From NCBI RefSeq assembly GCF_006345805.1, contig NC_042998.1, positions 143,096,001 through 143,160,000 of the forward strand: a stretch of 64,000 nt of DNA. The letters are read 5' to 3'. Shown here piece by piece: positions 51,691-64,000 of this stretch (its first letter is position 1; each line of letters begins with the position of its first letter). This DNA is from Octopus sinensis (Eukaryota). The notes beneath the pieces are model-generated. The model was not told the origin of the DNA, ran no database searches, and saw only the letters and a list, made by a program, of their open reading frames with translations. The position numbers and the translations under genes are program-made.

Positions 51691-52182
51691 GGGAGAGACG
51701 GGAAGAGAGAAAGATAGTTTGTGAGAGGTATATAGAGTAGAAGGGATTGTGAGTATATGGGCAAGAAATATTGGAAGAGAGGAAACAGAAAAATGAAATT
51801 GAAAGAAAATTCAATTGAAATGATAAGCAAAATGCTGGATGAATTGAAGGTCTTTAATGGTCATATTTTTATTTTTAGAGAAAAACAGTTTTAATGTAAT
51901 TGATGTGAATTTGTTGCGACCAAATTCATGTCATTGGCGCCTGCATGAATATACGGTTAAGAAGTTCGGTCGCAACCACCTGGTTTCGGGTTTAGTCCCA
52001 TAGCCGGACACCTTGGGTAAGTTTATTTTGCTATAGATTCGAGCCAACCAAAGCCTTGTGTGTGAATTTGGTGGACGGAAACTGCCTGGAAGCTTCTCAT
52101 ATCTATATAATATATATATATATAATATATATATATATAATATATATATATTATATATATATATATCTATATATATACTATA

Positions 52183-52215
<33 letters not shown>

Positions 52216-52217
<2 letters not shown>

Positions 52218-52772
52218 AGATAATGGTGTCTTTGAGATCCAAAGGTGTCAGGTAATGCTGAATAAGTGCTATAGACAGACCATAGTTAAGTTCCAGATTT
52301 GTTAATTTTGCGAATAAGGGGTTCAACGCTGGTTCTATGTCAGCGTGTGTATATAAGAATTTTTTGCGTAATACGATAAAAGAAACCAAGACTGTGTAGA
52401 TATTAGAGCATTTATAGATAGAAGGTCTTACAGCTGTTTCTGGGATATTTATTAATTATATCTCTTCATCGGAGGCGGTGTGAGAGGATGGTTAAGTCAT
52501 AGTTTAGATGTGATACAAAATAGAGAGTGAGGTGGAGGAAAGAAAATAGATGCATACATATCTTGTATCTATTTTCTTTCCCCCACCTCACTCTCTATTT
52601 TGTATCACATCTAAACTAACTATGACTTAACCATCCTCTCACACCATCTCCGATGAAGGGATATAATTAATAAGTATCCTAGAAACAGCTGTAAGACTTT
52701 CTATCTATAAATGCTCTAATATCTACACAGCCTTGGTTTTTTTTAATCTTATTACGCAAATAATTCTTATAT
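52216..52772. mobile_element. fold-back element E with hammerhead-like motifs (putative Penelope-like/retrozyme-type non-autonomous element)
   Basis: ~205-bp diverged inverted arms 52351-52772, a 135-bp tail on the left and (TA)n on both flanks. Confidence 0.7.
52646..52697 (+). ncRNA. minimal type-I hammerhead ribozyme-like motif (mirror copy on - strand at 52425-52476)
   Basis: atct-CCGATGA-a-gggatat..loop..gtatcct-a-GAAA-CAGCTG-TA-agac. Core is a CUGAUGA variant (U4C) with stem II, GAAA, palindromic stem III ACAGCTGT, GUA cleavage triplet and stem I tct/aga. Confidence 0.65.
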
Positions 52773-53629
52773 ATATATATATAATATATTATATTATATA
52801 TATATATATTATATATATATATATATAATATATATATATATATTTTATATATATATAATTCTTATACATGAATGTTGTTGAGTGTGACTTCGAATAATAA
52901 ATTTGTACTCTATAAAGGCATAAAGTAGCCCACCAGATCAATGTAAAATTGTTTTTATTGTAAATTAGCATAAAAACAAACATTAATGTATATATATAGT
53001 TGGTGCCGGTTACACGTAAAAAAAAATCTAGTGCATTCTGTAAAATGGTTGGCATTAGGGAGGACATCCAGCCGTAAACACTATACCAAAGCAGACAGTC
53101 GAGCTTGGAACACTCTTTCGGCTCTTATCAAACCATCCAGCCCATACCAGTCCTGAAGACGGATGTTAAATGATAATGATGATGATGATGATGTGTACGT
53201 TTGGGTCTTTGATAACCGGAACCGGTGTAGGTTTGTTTACGTCCCCATGATCTAGCTCTTCGGTAAATATGAGCAGTAAAAGAAGTATGAACTAAGGTCG
53301 ATAAATTCGACTGAAAAAAAGAGAAAACTTGCAAGGTGGTGCCCCAGCGTGGTCGCACCCCAGTGACTGAGTCAAGTAAAAGATAAAAGGTTAAAAGAAT
53401 TACTTAGGTCGCTGAGAGATTTACTCCCTGTTCAACGGTATTCATCCGATCAGGTCCATTGATTAACGTTAGGTAGGTAGCAAAGTCCTTTTCGTCTATT
53501 ATATGTTCCTGGGGGACGGTATGCTCTTTAACTCTTTCTCTCTTTCCCTATCTCTGTCAGTCTATATATCTGTCTCTCTCTCTGTCTCTCTCTGTGTCTT
53601 TGTCTCTCCCTGTTACATCTCGATCTTCT

Positions 53630-53729
53630 NNNNNNNNNNNNNNNNNNNNNNNNNNNNNNNNNNNNNNNNNNNNNNNNNNNNNNNNNNNNNNNNNNNNNNN
53701 NNNNNNNNNNNNNNNNNNNNNNNNNNNNN
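53630..53729. other. assembly gap (100 N)
   Basis: Run of exactly 100 N, i.e. a placeholder of unknown size. Adjacency across it is not proven. Confidence 1.
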
Positions 53730-54069
53730 ACATACATATATGCATGCATGCATCCCTACATACCCACAAAGCTATAATAAAAGACACTTGACTAAGGTGC
53801 CATGTGGTGAAACTGAAATCAAGACTACGTGGTCGCCATGTGAGCGTCTTCACAACACAGCTGCGCCTGCATTTATCGAGGATGATCGATTTCGGAGACG
53901 TTTTGCCTGTATGAATTGGAATTGAGACTCCAATATTTGACTGGTAGTTTATTTTGAAGACCCTACAAGGATAAACTGGGGGTGAAAAAAAAGAAGGGCA
54001 AACTATCAAGGGAGATAACTATAGACAAAATATTCTTTTCCCATTTTATTATCTATTGTATGCATTACT

Positions 54070-54460
54070 CGTGGAGGCGCAATGGCCCAGTGGTTAGGGC
54101 AGCGGACTCACGGTCATAGGATCGCGGTTTCGATTCCCAGACCGGGCGTTGTGAGTGTTTATTGAGCGAAAACACCTAAAGCTCCACGTGGCTCCGGCAG
54201 GGGATGGTGGTGATCCCTGCTGTACTCTTTCACCACAACTTTCTGTCACTCTTACTTCCTGTTTCTGTTGTATCTGTATTTCAAAGGGCCGGCCTTGTCA
54301 CTCTCTGTGTCACGCTGAATATCCCCGAGAACTACGTTAAGGGTACACGTGTCTGTGGAGTGCTCAGCCACTGACACGTTAATTTCACGAGCAGGCTGTT
54401 CCGTTGATTCGGATCAACCGGAACCCTCGTCGTCGTAACCGACGGAGTGCTTCCATTCCA
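54070..54460 (+). mobile_element. young full-length tRNA-derived SINE with 13-bp TSD
   Basis: A-box TGGCCCAGTGG, B-box GGTTTCGATTCCC, CpG-rich body and (TTCCA) tail. TSD TGTATGCATTACT at 54057-54069 and 54461-54473. Confidence 0.92.
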
Positions 54461-57400
54461 TGTATGCATTACTAATTCACTAAAAAATATTTTTAGCTTC
54501 ATCTTTGTCATGTTTCTGAAAACATCCAGTGTTTCATTGAAATTCACAAGAGGATAATGGCTCTGAATCCTAAAAGCCCCACTCTTACCCGAATTTTTTT
54601 TTTTAATCAGGACTGTCCGAATTTCTTGCTTATGATCTAACCCTTGAATGCATCCTTATTCCATTAAATGTGTTTATCGGGTGGGGTGGAAGATATTGAA
54701 AAACATCAGTGCATGTCAGAGTGACAATGAAACGAGGAAGGTATCAGGCCGACGGGAGTTGAGCTAAAAATGACAGGTAAATCGCCCTTAAATAACACAT
54801 ACACACACACAAAATCCATTGTTTTTTTTCATAATCATTCCTGTGTGCAGATCACAAATTCGCAAAAATTTCCTGAAAAGTCCAAAAAATAAATGTTATG
54901 ACGGGTTATATTGGGAGCTAAAGCCAAGATTCAGCTGGCATAAAATGTTTATATCTTATTTATAAGCATAAAAGCTACATTCAACAGAGAGTAAATAATA
55001 ACTAATTGGCGATAAATTAAAGAGCAGACGGTCTTTTTCAATGACCAGTAAACCGAGATAAGTATTATTAAAATGTTATCTTTCCGAACTAATTGACTGT
55101 TTAACGTTACAAGATTTCAGGATATTGTGAACAAATGGTGCCGAGTCATTGAATCATAACTTATTCTCATGTTTTCAGAAAGCCCCATACTTACCTTCAT
55201 TTTCCTTCTATCCAAAAGGAGACGGCCAATAACTTCATTTATATTCATGAAGTTGGAATGAGACTTTCTATAATTATAATGCTTCCCTAAACTGTCCTAT
55301 CTTGAGTTTACTTAACTTGAAATCAAGCTTTCATCATTGCGAGTCGAGTTAATGAAGGAGACACTAACAAACAATTGAGTGTTACATACAAAATAAGAAC
55401 TGCAATGAAGATTTCAAGGGTTGTCTACCCTTAAGTCATCGGAACGAAGGGAAGTAACTTCAACATTTCACGATTTTCTGTTTTGCAGAAAAATAAAAAA
55501 TAAAAAGATTTCATTTAAAAATAAAACTGATTCGGCGACAGTACAAGTAAATATGGAAACTATTAAATATGAAATTGCTTTTAACGTCTGACTCGAAGAA
55601 AAAGCATTAAATAATGCGCAAATATTGTTTATAAAGAAAAAAGCCTTAGGATATAAATGTAAGGTGATTACATAAGAATTTAAAACTTTCAAGAGAAACG
55701 GTAGTTTTTTTCTTTTTTTTTTTGCGGTGAAATTTGAAGTAGATAAAGCTATAAATAATAGCATGTAAGAATACTGAGATTAGTAAAAAAAAAAAAAACA
55801 AAAAAAACTTTGGACTTAAGAAAGCTGAAGGCTACTCGTGGGACACCAAGTTCATCTGTCAACATGACAGATGGGTAGCCCGTGACTTTTCCCCATTCAA
55901 AGGGGTTTTAACCCGATATTTCACACACTATAATTTATACTTTTATCTACTTCGAGTTCCACGTAGAATTATTTTAATTCTAATTGTCTAAATCTTTGTA
56001 ATGTAAACAAAGCATCCAAAATGGAGTGAGACCATTCGAAGAGTTGCTTTCATGTACTTCTTAGCACGTCTGTCATGTTCACAGACGATTACTATTCGAC
56101 GCCCTCGAGCAGTTTTCAACGTTTTTTTTTTTTTTTTACGCAACAATCTAAACATCATTATTCATAACTTTATCTACAGTTCAAGTTTTGTCCCATTTCT
56201 TCCTTACCTTTTACTAGTGAAGCATTGGAATCGCTAACGTCAAATATAACAGGAACTTCACTGACGCTCTCCCCTCCCCCGGTAACATGGATGCAATAGT
56301 AAGATAACCAGTGAAAGAAACACAATCAACACACATTTGTAACAGTGACAATTTGGTTTATTAACTATTTTTAAAAAAACGAGTTTCTTGTGGTCTGTGG
56401 CACATAAAAGTGATGATTATTTACAAATGTTCCACCGCTGCAACAACAGCTGTTGCAGATGGTGGTGGTGGTAGTGGTGGTGGTAGTAGTAGTGGTGGTG
56501 GTGATCGTCGACAGTTTTAAAGGCGACACCTGCGACACAGAATGTCGTGGACAGCAGCAGAGTAACGGTTTTATCTTTATTTTTAAAAAAAATTTTATGT
56601 TTTCTTTCGTTTGTTGTTTTGTTATTGAAGTTACTGGCAGTCCCCGCTTATACAGTGGAGAGAGAGAAGGACAAAGAGAGAGATGAGATAGGTAGAAAGA
56701 AAGGTAGGTGGAAAAAAGGACTGATTTCTCTCCCTTTCACACTTCATACAATGTGAAAGGGAGAGAATGTTGGTTAGAGAGAAATTGTGTGCAAGAGAAA
56801 GAAGGGAGGGGGTTAAAGAGAGTATGTACAAAAGAGGGAGAAATTGAAAGCAGAGAGAAAATGATGAAAACAGAATGGAAAAGGGAAGAAAAAATACTTT
56901 TACAATAAAGGAAACTAAGAGAGAGGTACACCTCCTGCATATAAATTATATTTTCCTATATTTAGAGAAAGAGGAGGGGACTTTTTTTTAAATAAGAAAA
57001 AATGAAATATAAGCAAGAAAAAAGGGAAAGGCAATGTCATCAAATTAGGTAAAAAAGAGATATAGTGATTGTGGTGTTTTTTTTCCTTTGTTTGGGACTG
57101 TGATGATGATTAAGGATCAACAGATACAAGAGACAAAAACAAAAAACAATAAGCAAACAATGCAAAGATCTGTAAATATGTGGTAGAAGTTGTATATGTG
57201 TGTGGAGTAATATTAATTAGAACATCCAAACACACACACAGACATACATACGTACACAACTGCACTATGTAAAGAGAAAAACAAAAGTTCAGTCTCTAAC
57301 TTGACTCTCTCACATTCCATACGTTCTCAAACCTCACCACTCCCCAAATAGTAAATAATAATTACATATAGTTAACCTCAAACATGCATACTTTCTTCTT

Positions 57401-60400
57401 GGGCTACCACATGAACAGAGTGGACATGCACACATGGAATGAGAGCACAGTTGAAATATACACACAGGCATACATGTATGTAAGAGGAACAATGAAAATA
57501 AAATCTAAAAGAGGGAGAGGAGAGTAAACAAACAGGGGTAAGGGGGGGTTGCAGGGATAGAGGTTAAGTTTTTCTTTTAACTTTAGCCCATTTGATACCA
57601 ACCCACCTGAGGCTGCCCCTGATTCGTAACACAAATCTCTTGTTTTTGAAATATTCTAAACAAAAAAAATCTTCCATCAAAATTTCATGTTGATTTATGA
57701 TTCTAATAATGGATTAATAAAGACAGTTTTCTTTTTATTAAATTCTTCACAATTTTCCAAATTAATTAACACAAAAGCAATGTATTTCAACAGAAATATG
57801 GTAACAAAAGGGTTAAAGTAATCTACATTAAGATCTTCCATGAACACTTAATTTACATTACAAACAACAGCTTAATAATGACATTTTCTTTTTACTAAGT
57901 TCTTCATTAGATTTAAAATTAACTAATAATCCTACACCCTAACCTTAAGCCTTTAATTTTAAACCTAGACCACAACTCTAATCCTAACACTAAATCCCAA
58001 CCCTAAAGTAATTTGTTTTGAGATATTTCACAAAAAAATTTCATGGAGAATTTTTTTCATTTTAAAATTATCTACATATTTGTTTAGCTGTTTCATGTGA
58101 CTATTAAAACCTCAAAACTTCTTACAACTTTTGTTGTAATGTTTTGCTTTCATTTTGTGATAGACAGCTACCACACAGAAAATGCCAGCTTCCAAATCTG
58201 GTTTTAAACCTTTCTAGAAGTTGTCTGGAACAAGTGAATATGAAAATGAGACTCAACATGAAAAATCACATCAATATACCAAATATGAAAATTTCAAAAA
58301 CTGTGACTGCAACAGAAAAGACCCCCAAAAAAGTCTGGTTAAGTGGAGGGAGAGAGGGAGTTATGGCACTTGTGTAAGCAAGTGAGAGGAGAAAGGAGAG
58401 AGAGACACTTTAGTGTTAACAGTTATCACAGATAAGTTCACTTACCATTTATTTGACATAGATACACACTCACCCATTCTTTCTTCTAAATATCTTTTTT
58501 TTGTTTTGTTTTGTTTTTTTGCAAGAAAGAATGCACAGCATTATCCTCCTATCTTCATAAATAATACTACAATAAGCACAAGGCCAGCAATTTCCAGGGG
58601 AGGAGGAAGTTAATTACATTGACCCCCCCCCCAGTACTTGACTGGTACTTAATTTATCAACCATATAAGGATGAAAAGTAAAGATGACCTCTGAACATTA
58701 AGAGAAGGGGAAAAAAATGGTGCTAAGCATTCTGTTCACCATGCTAATGATTTTGCCAGCTTGCGATCTTAATAATAATAAACATTGATAACAAAACCAT
58801 ACCAATGCTATAAAAAATACCCCACACAAAACGATTACCAATTAAGGGTACCAAATATAACCATAAAACAATGAATAATTCATCTGATACAAGAACATCA
58901 TAGCCAAGTGGATGCACCAGTACCATCTAATGGACATATGGAACTGGACATTTCATGCTTGGCTTGGCTCCGCTCTATGGTTAGAAACAGGCTAGCATGT
59001 GTGTATGTACACACACACACACACACACACACAGTTGACCACTATGTCAGAAAGACAGTTTTTTTATTAATTACTGGACAACTTGCTGTGTCTATGTCCT
59101 TAAAGTAGGGCTCAGATACAATACTGGTATGTTTTCAAATAATGAAGATGAAAGATGTTTTCCAAGACTGGGTCACTTGTTTCATGTTCCTAGCAGTAAT
59201 ATCTGTTGATTCTTTCCAAGTTTTTCCAAAAAAAAAACCAAGGATACAAACAAGCTGTTTGCTTTAAATGCCAAAACATGAAGATATTCATTGCAAGTGA
59301 TGAGAGATGTTAACAGTCCTGTCTGACTGGACAACAACAAAGCCTCTGGCCATAGCTGGCTCAAATATTCTACCTGTTTTATGTTCAAAGTGGGAAAACC
59401 CTAACCCTCACACCTGCCCTACAATGTCATTCTAAAAATAAACAAACACATCATTGAAATCTCAAAGCTACAAGATATTGCATGATTAATTCAAAATAAT
59501 ATGAATAAATAAGACAGTAATCTGAATGCTAAAGGGTTAATTTATGCCAAACAACCTTGCCTCTCAAACAAAGCAGAACACTGCAGAAGCATTGATTGGC
59601 AGAAATGACATAAACAAAAGGATTCCAGATACCAATACCATCATCATCAGACAATAGTGGACATTTTTCCATTCCACCAGAAATGGTAACAGATTTCTCA
59701 GAGAAAATAAACATTACAAGGCATCTACCAACTGCACAGAAATCCAACAAAACAAACAAACCAGGGAGGAATGGGGTTGCAGAAAAAGAATTAAAAATTA
59801 AGTTAAACTGCCCAGTGAAGGCGACTGACCCTAATTACTAAGGGCACAGCTGACACCAACAGAACTGAAGACATCAACTTCAACAGTAACAACCCACACA
59901 TATAATTTCTTAATTCAATTTAATGACTTAACACCATCACTTGGCCGTTGGGTGTCCTTAGTGAAGTCCACCTGGCTGAAAAGATTTGCAGCAGATGTCC
60001 AAGATGAAGTTTCTTTCTCCTTTCCATTAGTCTCAGACACTCGGCAACAGAATATATAAAAGGTGTTGTCCTTCCTACTTTTAGGTCACTAAAAATCAAT
60101 CAATGCAGCAATAAGTGAAGCTAAGAAATAAAAATCAAACACAGCCATCAGAAAATAAATTAAGTAAAATGGTTAAGAAGAGAAAAAAAGGGAGAGAGAG
60201 GGGAAATGTGTGTGTGTGTAAGAGACAGAAAGAGAATTTGTATGTGCATGATGTTATTGAAAAGTTACCATAAAAAGTTATTATTGACAATAAGTGAGAG
60301 AAAAGGAGTATGAGAAACTGAGAGTGAGAGAGAGACCGTATGAAAATAGACTTTTATAAACACAAGAAAAGAACCATTATTTGTCATTAAGGTTTAAAAC

Positions 60401-61934
60401 AGAATAGTATGAGGTGTTTCAGACAGACAGATTGCAGATGGGTCATGTTACACTCTGTAGCCAGGGAGCAAACAAATCTGGCTTTGTATTGTGGACATAT
60501 TCTAGCAAGTCAAAAGACCTTAAGTATACACCTTAACTATAATTATTCTGATATAAACCTGCCTCAGATCATCCACTGGTTCTATGATACAAACTCCAAG
60601 TTATAAAATTATTTAAATTAAAACCTTCCACCAAAATTCCATGTTAGTTTTATTTCTATATTTATTAAAAACGTTATTTAAAATAATTATATTCAAATAC
60701 CAGCTTAATAATGACAATGCTATTTTACTAAATTCTTTAGCATTTTCAAAATTAATTACAACGAAAGCAGTGTATTTCAAAAGAGATACAGTAGCAAAAG
60801 GATTACAGTGATCTAAATTAAAACCTTCCTTCAGCAATTCTCTTTAGTTAAATTGCCAAATAGATAAACATTAAACAACAAATACTGAGAAGGGAAGCAG
60901 TAGTAAAACACTGAATCATACTGTTCAATCATCAACCTCCACTACAGCTCAGCCCTACTCTAACATCTCAAATTGTTCTGTGCCTTTTCAATTGCTTTTG
61001 CTTGTATCTCAAAGCAGACGGGGTTGAGAAAATGAAAGAGAGAGCGAATGTAAGTGTATATTGTGTGCTTACTAAAATATTGTTTGTTCATCATTATTTA
61101 TTTAAATTAATTACAGCTATTATTATTATATTTTTTTTTGGCTATATCACAGTATCGCACTTTAACGATAATAACCTTCTAACCTCTCATTCACACTTGC
61201 TCCACCTCTACTCATTTTCCCTCCTTTTCTCCCCCTCTATATAGAACACAATCTTATCTCATTCTCACAGCACTGCACTGTTCTACTATAGAACTTAATG
61301 ATGGCATGCACCAGTGTGCATGGCAATCAACTTCTGCTGCAACTGCAGCTGTACTGAATATAAAGAGTAACAGCACTACCAGCTGGATGCAGACTGCCTA
61401 CTCATGAAGTATGTTGCAAACTAAAACACAAATGTGTGTCCAAACACAGAGAGTGTACTCTGTTGACAGTAAATGTATAAACAAATCATGCAAACACACA
61501 ACAATGGTAGAAACTAATAGATATGATGAGGGAAGGGAGTACGAGAGACAGAGTTTTAAAAAGATGCTTTATATATATATACACACATGCACAGACATCG
61601 TTTCGTTTTTACATCCATTTTTCCATGCTAACATGGGTTAGAGGAATATGCAACTGGGGCACTGTTTTACAGTCAAGATGCCCATCCTGTTCCGAACCTT
61701 TATTTGCTTTTCAAAATTAGGAATCTCTAATTTGACAGGTCTTCAAAGGAACAAATCCAGTGGAAGATTTATTGACAGGAGAAATGATAATCAACAGTAA
61801 TTGTAGCTCATGATTTTCAGAAGCAACATACAGCATAAGTACGTGCACTATATATATATATATATATATACATATACATACATACACATACATACATACA
61901 TACATACATACATACATACATAAATATACATGTA

Positions 61935-63664
61935 TATTCTTTTACTTGTTTCAGTCATTTGACTGTGGTCATGCTGGAGAACTGCCTTTAGTTGAACAAA
62001 CTGACCCAAAGACTTACTCTTTGTAAGTCTAGTACTTATTCTATTGGTCACTTTTGCCAAACTGCTAAGTTACAGGGACATAAACACACCAACATGTCAA
62101 ACGATGGTGAAGGGACAAACACAAACACAAAATTATATATACACATATATATACATATACACACAGATATATATATACACAAATATAGATATATATACAC
62201 ATATGATGATGATGATGATATATACGCACATATATACATACATATATAACACATACACACACATTATATACATGTGCACATGCACACACACATGCATACG
62301 CATACATATAGGGCTTCCTTCAGCCTCTGTCTATCAAATCCATCTGTAAGGCTTTGATCTGCCTGGGGATATAATACAAAAACACTTGCCCAAGGTGCCG
62401 TGCAGTGGAACCAAGCCCAAAACCATGTAGTGAAAAAAAAATGTAACATATTCACATACATAAGTACATGCATATGTAAAACAAATGTTGGTAATAGTAA
62501 TGGAGTGTAACAGATGATGATGATGAAGATGATGATATGATGGTGGTGGTGGTGGTGTACACAGGAGAGAAGACAGGCAGAGAGCAGGAAAAGGAGGCAG
62601 GAAGTAGGAGGAAGGAAGGAAGATAGAAGAGAGAGATAAAGTAGAAACTTTTACTTATTTTGTAGTCACCCCCTCCCTCCCCACCCTCTTCTTTTCTGCT
62701 TTTCTTTGTCTCTTCTCTGTTTTCACTCCAGGACCATTAAATATCTCCATCACCCCTATTATTTCTTTTTTAAACCTGCACACCACTGCATCATAACATG
62801 CAGCAATGCAGGTCAGTTAGGTATTCATTTGATCAGCTGCACAGCCAGTTGGTTAAAACAACAGATGGGAGGGAAGGTTCACCTGCATCTTCTCACAAAA
62901 TGCTACTGGACACCTCTGATGACAGGTGGAAAGGACACGGACCATCGGTCCACTGAAAACAAAGAAGAAAAAAAGAAAATCAATATAAATAAAACACAAA
63001 CATCGAAGAAATAATATTAGTTTACATGAAACATTGACATATTTTACTTGTTTCAATCTTGAGACTGGTCATGCTGCAGCACTGCCTCTTTTTGCTTCTG
63101 GTTTTTTTTTTTTGTAGTCAAAGAAATCAAGACCAGTACATTTTTTTTTAAAGTACTGGTTACTAGCATTTATTCTATCGGTGTCTTTTACCAAAATGCT
63201 AAGTTACAGGGACATAAACACACTCCAATCAGTTGTCAAGCAATGGTGGGGGACAAACACAAACACTTCACATATATACTCTTACTTGTTTCAGTCATTT
63301 GACTGCAGCCATGTTCGAGTACCGCCTTCAGTTGAGCAAATCGACCCCAGGACTTATTCTTTGTAAGCCCAGTACTTATTTCTATCAGTCTCTTTTGCTG
63401 AACTGTTAAGTTACGGGGCACGCAAACACACCACCATCGGCTGTCAAGCGATGTTGGGGGGACAAGCACAGACACACAAACACATACATATATATATATA
63501 TATATACGACAGGCTTCTTTCAGTTTCTATCTACCAAATCCACTCACAAGGCTTTCGTCGGCCGAGGCTAAAGTAGAAGGCACTTGTCCAAGGTGCCATG
63601 CAGTAGGAATGAACCTGGAACCATGTGGTTGGGAAGCAAGCTACTTACCACACAGCCACTCCTG

Positions 63665-63701
<37 letters not shown>

Positions 63702-64000
63702 TTTTTTCACTTGTTTTAGTCATTTGACTGTGGCCATGCTGGAGCACTGCCTTTAGTTGAACAAATTAACCCCAGGACTTATTCTTTGCAAACCTAGTAC
63801 TTATTCTATTGGTCACTTTGGTGGAAAACACTAAGTTACGAGGACATAAACACACCAACATAGATTGTCAAGCAATGGTGGGGGAACAAACACAGACACA
63901 TACACAATGGGCTTCTTTCAGTTTCAGCCTACCAAATCCACTCACAAGGCTTCGGCTGGTCCAAGGTTTTAGTAGAAGACACTTGCCCAAGGTACCACAG
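61935..64000 (-). mobile_element. cluster of microsatellite-containing SINE copies (61935-62430, 63040-63270, 63275-63665, 63700-64000)
   Basis: Reverse complements of the 28617-28980 family, several arranged head to tail. Confidence 0.85.

Noticed and set aside
53503-54009. ORFs spanning the N gap
   Set aside because: Artefacts of translating through Ns.
54073-54146. tRNA-like sequence
   Set aside because: It is the head of a SINE (continues into a 320-bp body and is flanked by a TSD); no proper acceptor stem.
57930-58005. Degenerate CCCTAA-like hexamers (interstitial telomere?)
   Set aside because: Too short and degenerate; more likely part of a decayed dispersed repeat.
62910-62962. CTGATGA...GAAA suggesting another hammerhead
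   Set aside because: No stem III or NUH cleavage triplet and no stem I partner after GAAA; probably chance.

Overview
AT-rich, repeat-dense eukaryotic genomic DNA. The SINE/RTE/MITE repertoire and microsatellite load suggest an octopod cephalopod (inference). One complete protein-coding gene can be rebuilt by hand: a 10-exon minus-strand MRPS27 (mitoribosomal PPR protein mS27). It runs from ATG 35648 to stop 15391, with a 1488-nt CDS (495 aa) and phase-compatible GT-AG introns throughout. The rest is mostly mobile DNA: a 3.2-kb 5'-truncated RTE LINE whose ORF2 carries a PHD-type zinc finger, further RTE fragments including an Expander/Rex3-like endonuclease relic, a mariner relic, CR1 3' ends, several tRNA-derived SINE families, TTAA-flanked MITEs, a 1.25-kb tandem duplication and a 100-N gap. 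The most unusual signal is a cluster (40-53 kb) of sequence-unrelated fold-back elements. They share one architecture, a long inverted repeat plus a one-sided ~100-135 bp tail, mostly embedded in (TA)n. The largest carries a minimal type-I hammerhead-ribozyme-like motif in each arm, which points to non-autonomous Penelope-like/retrozyme-type retroelements that target TA microsatellites. Almost all ORFs in the supplied track outside MRPS27 and the TE relics are spurious.
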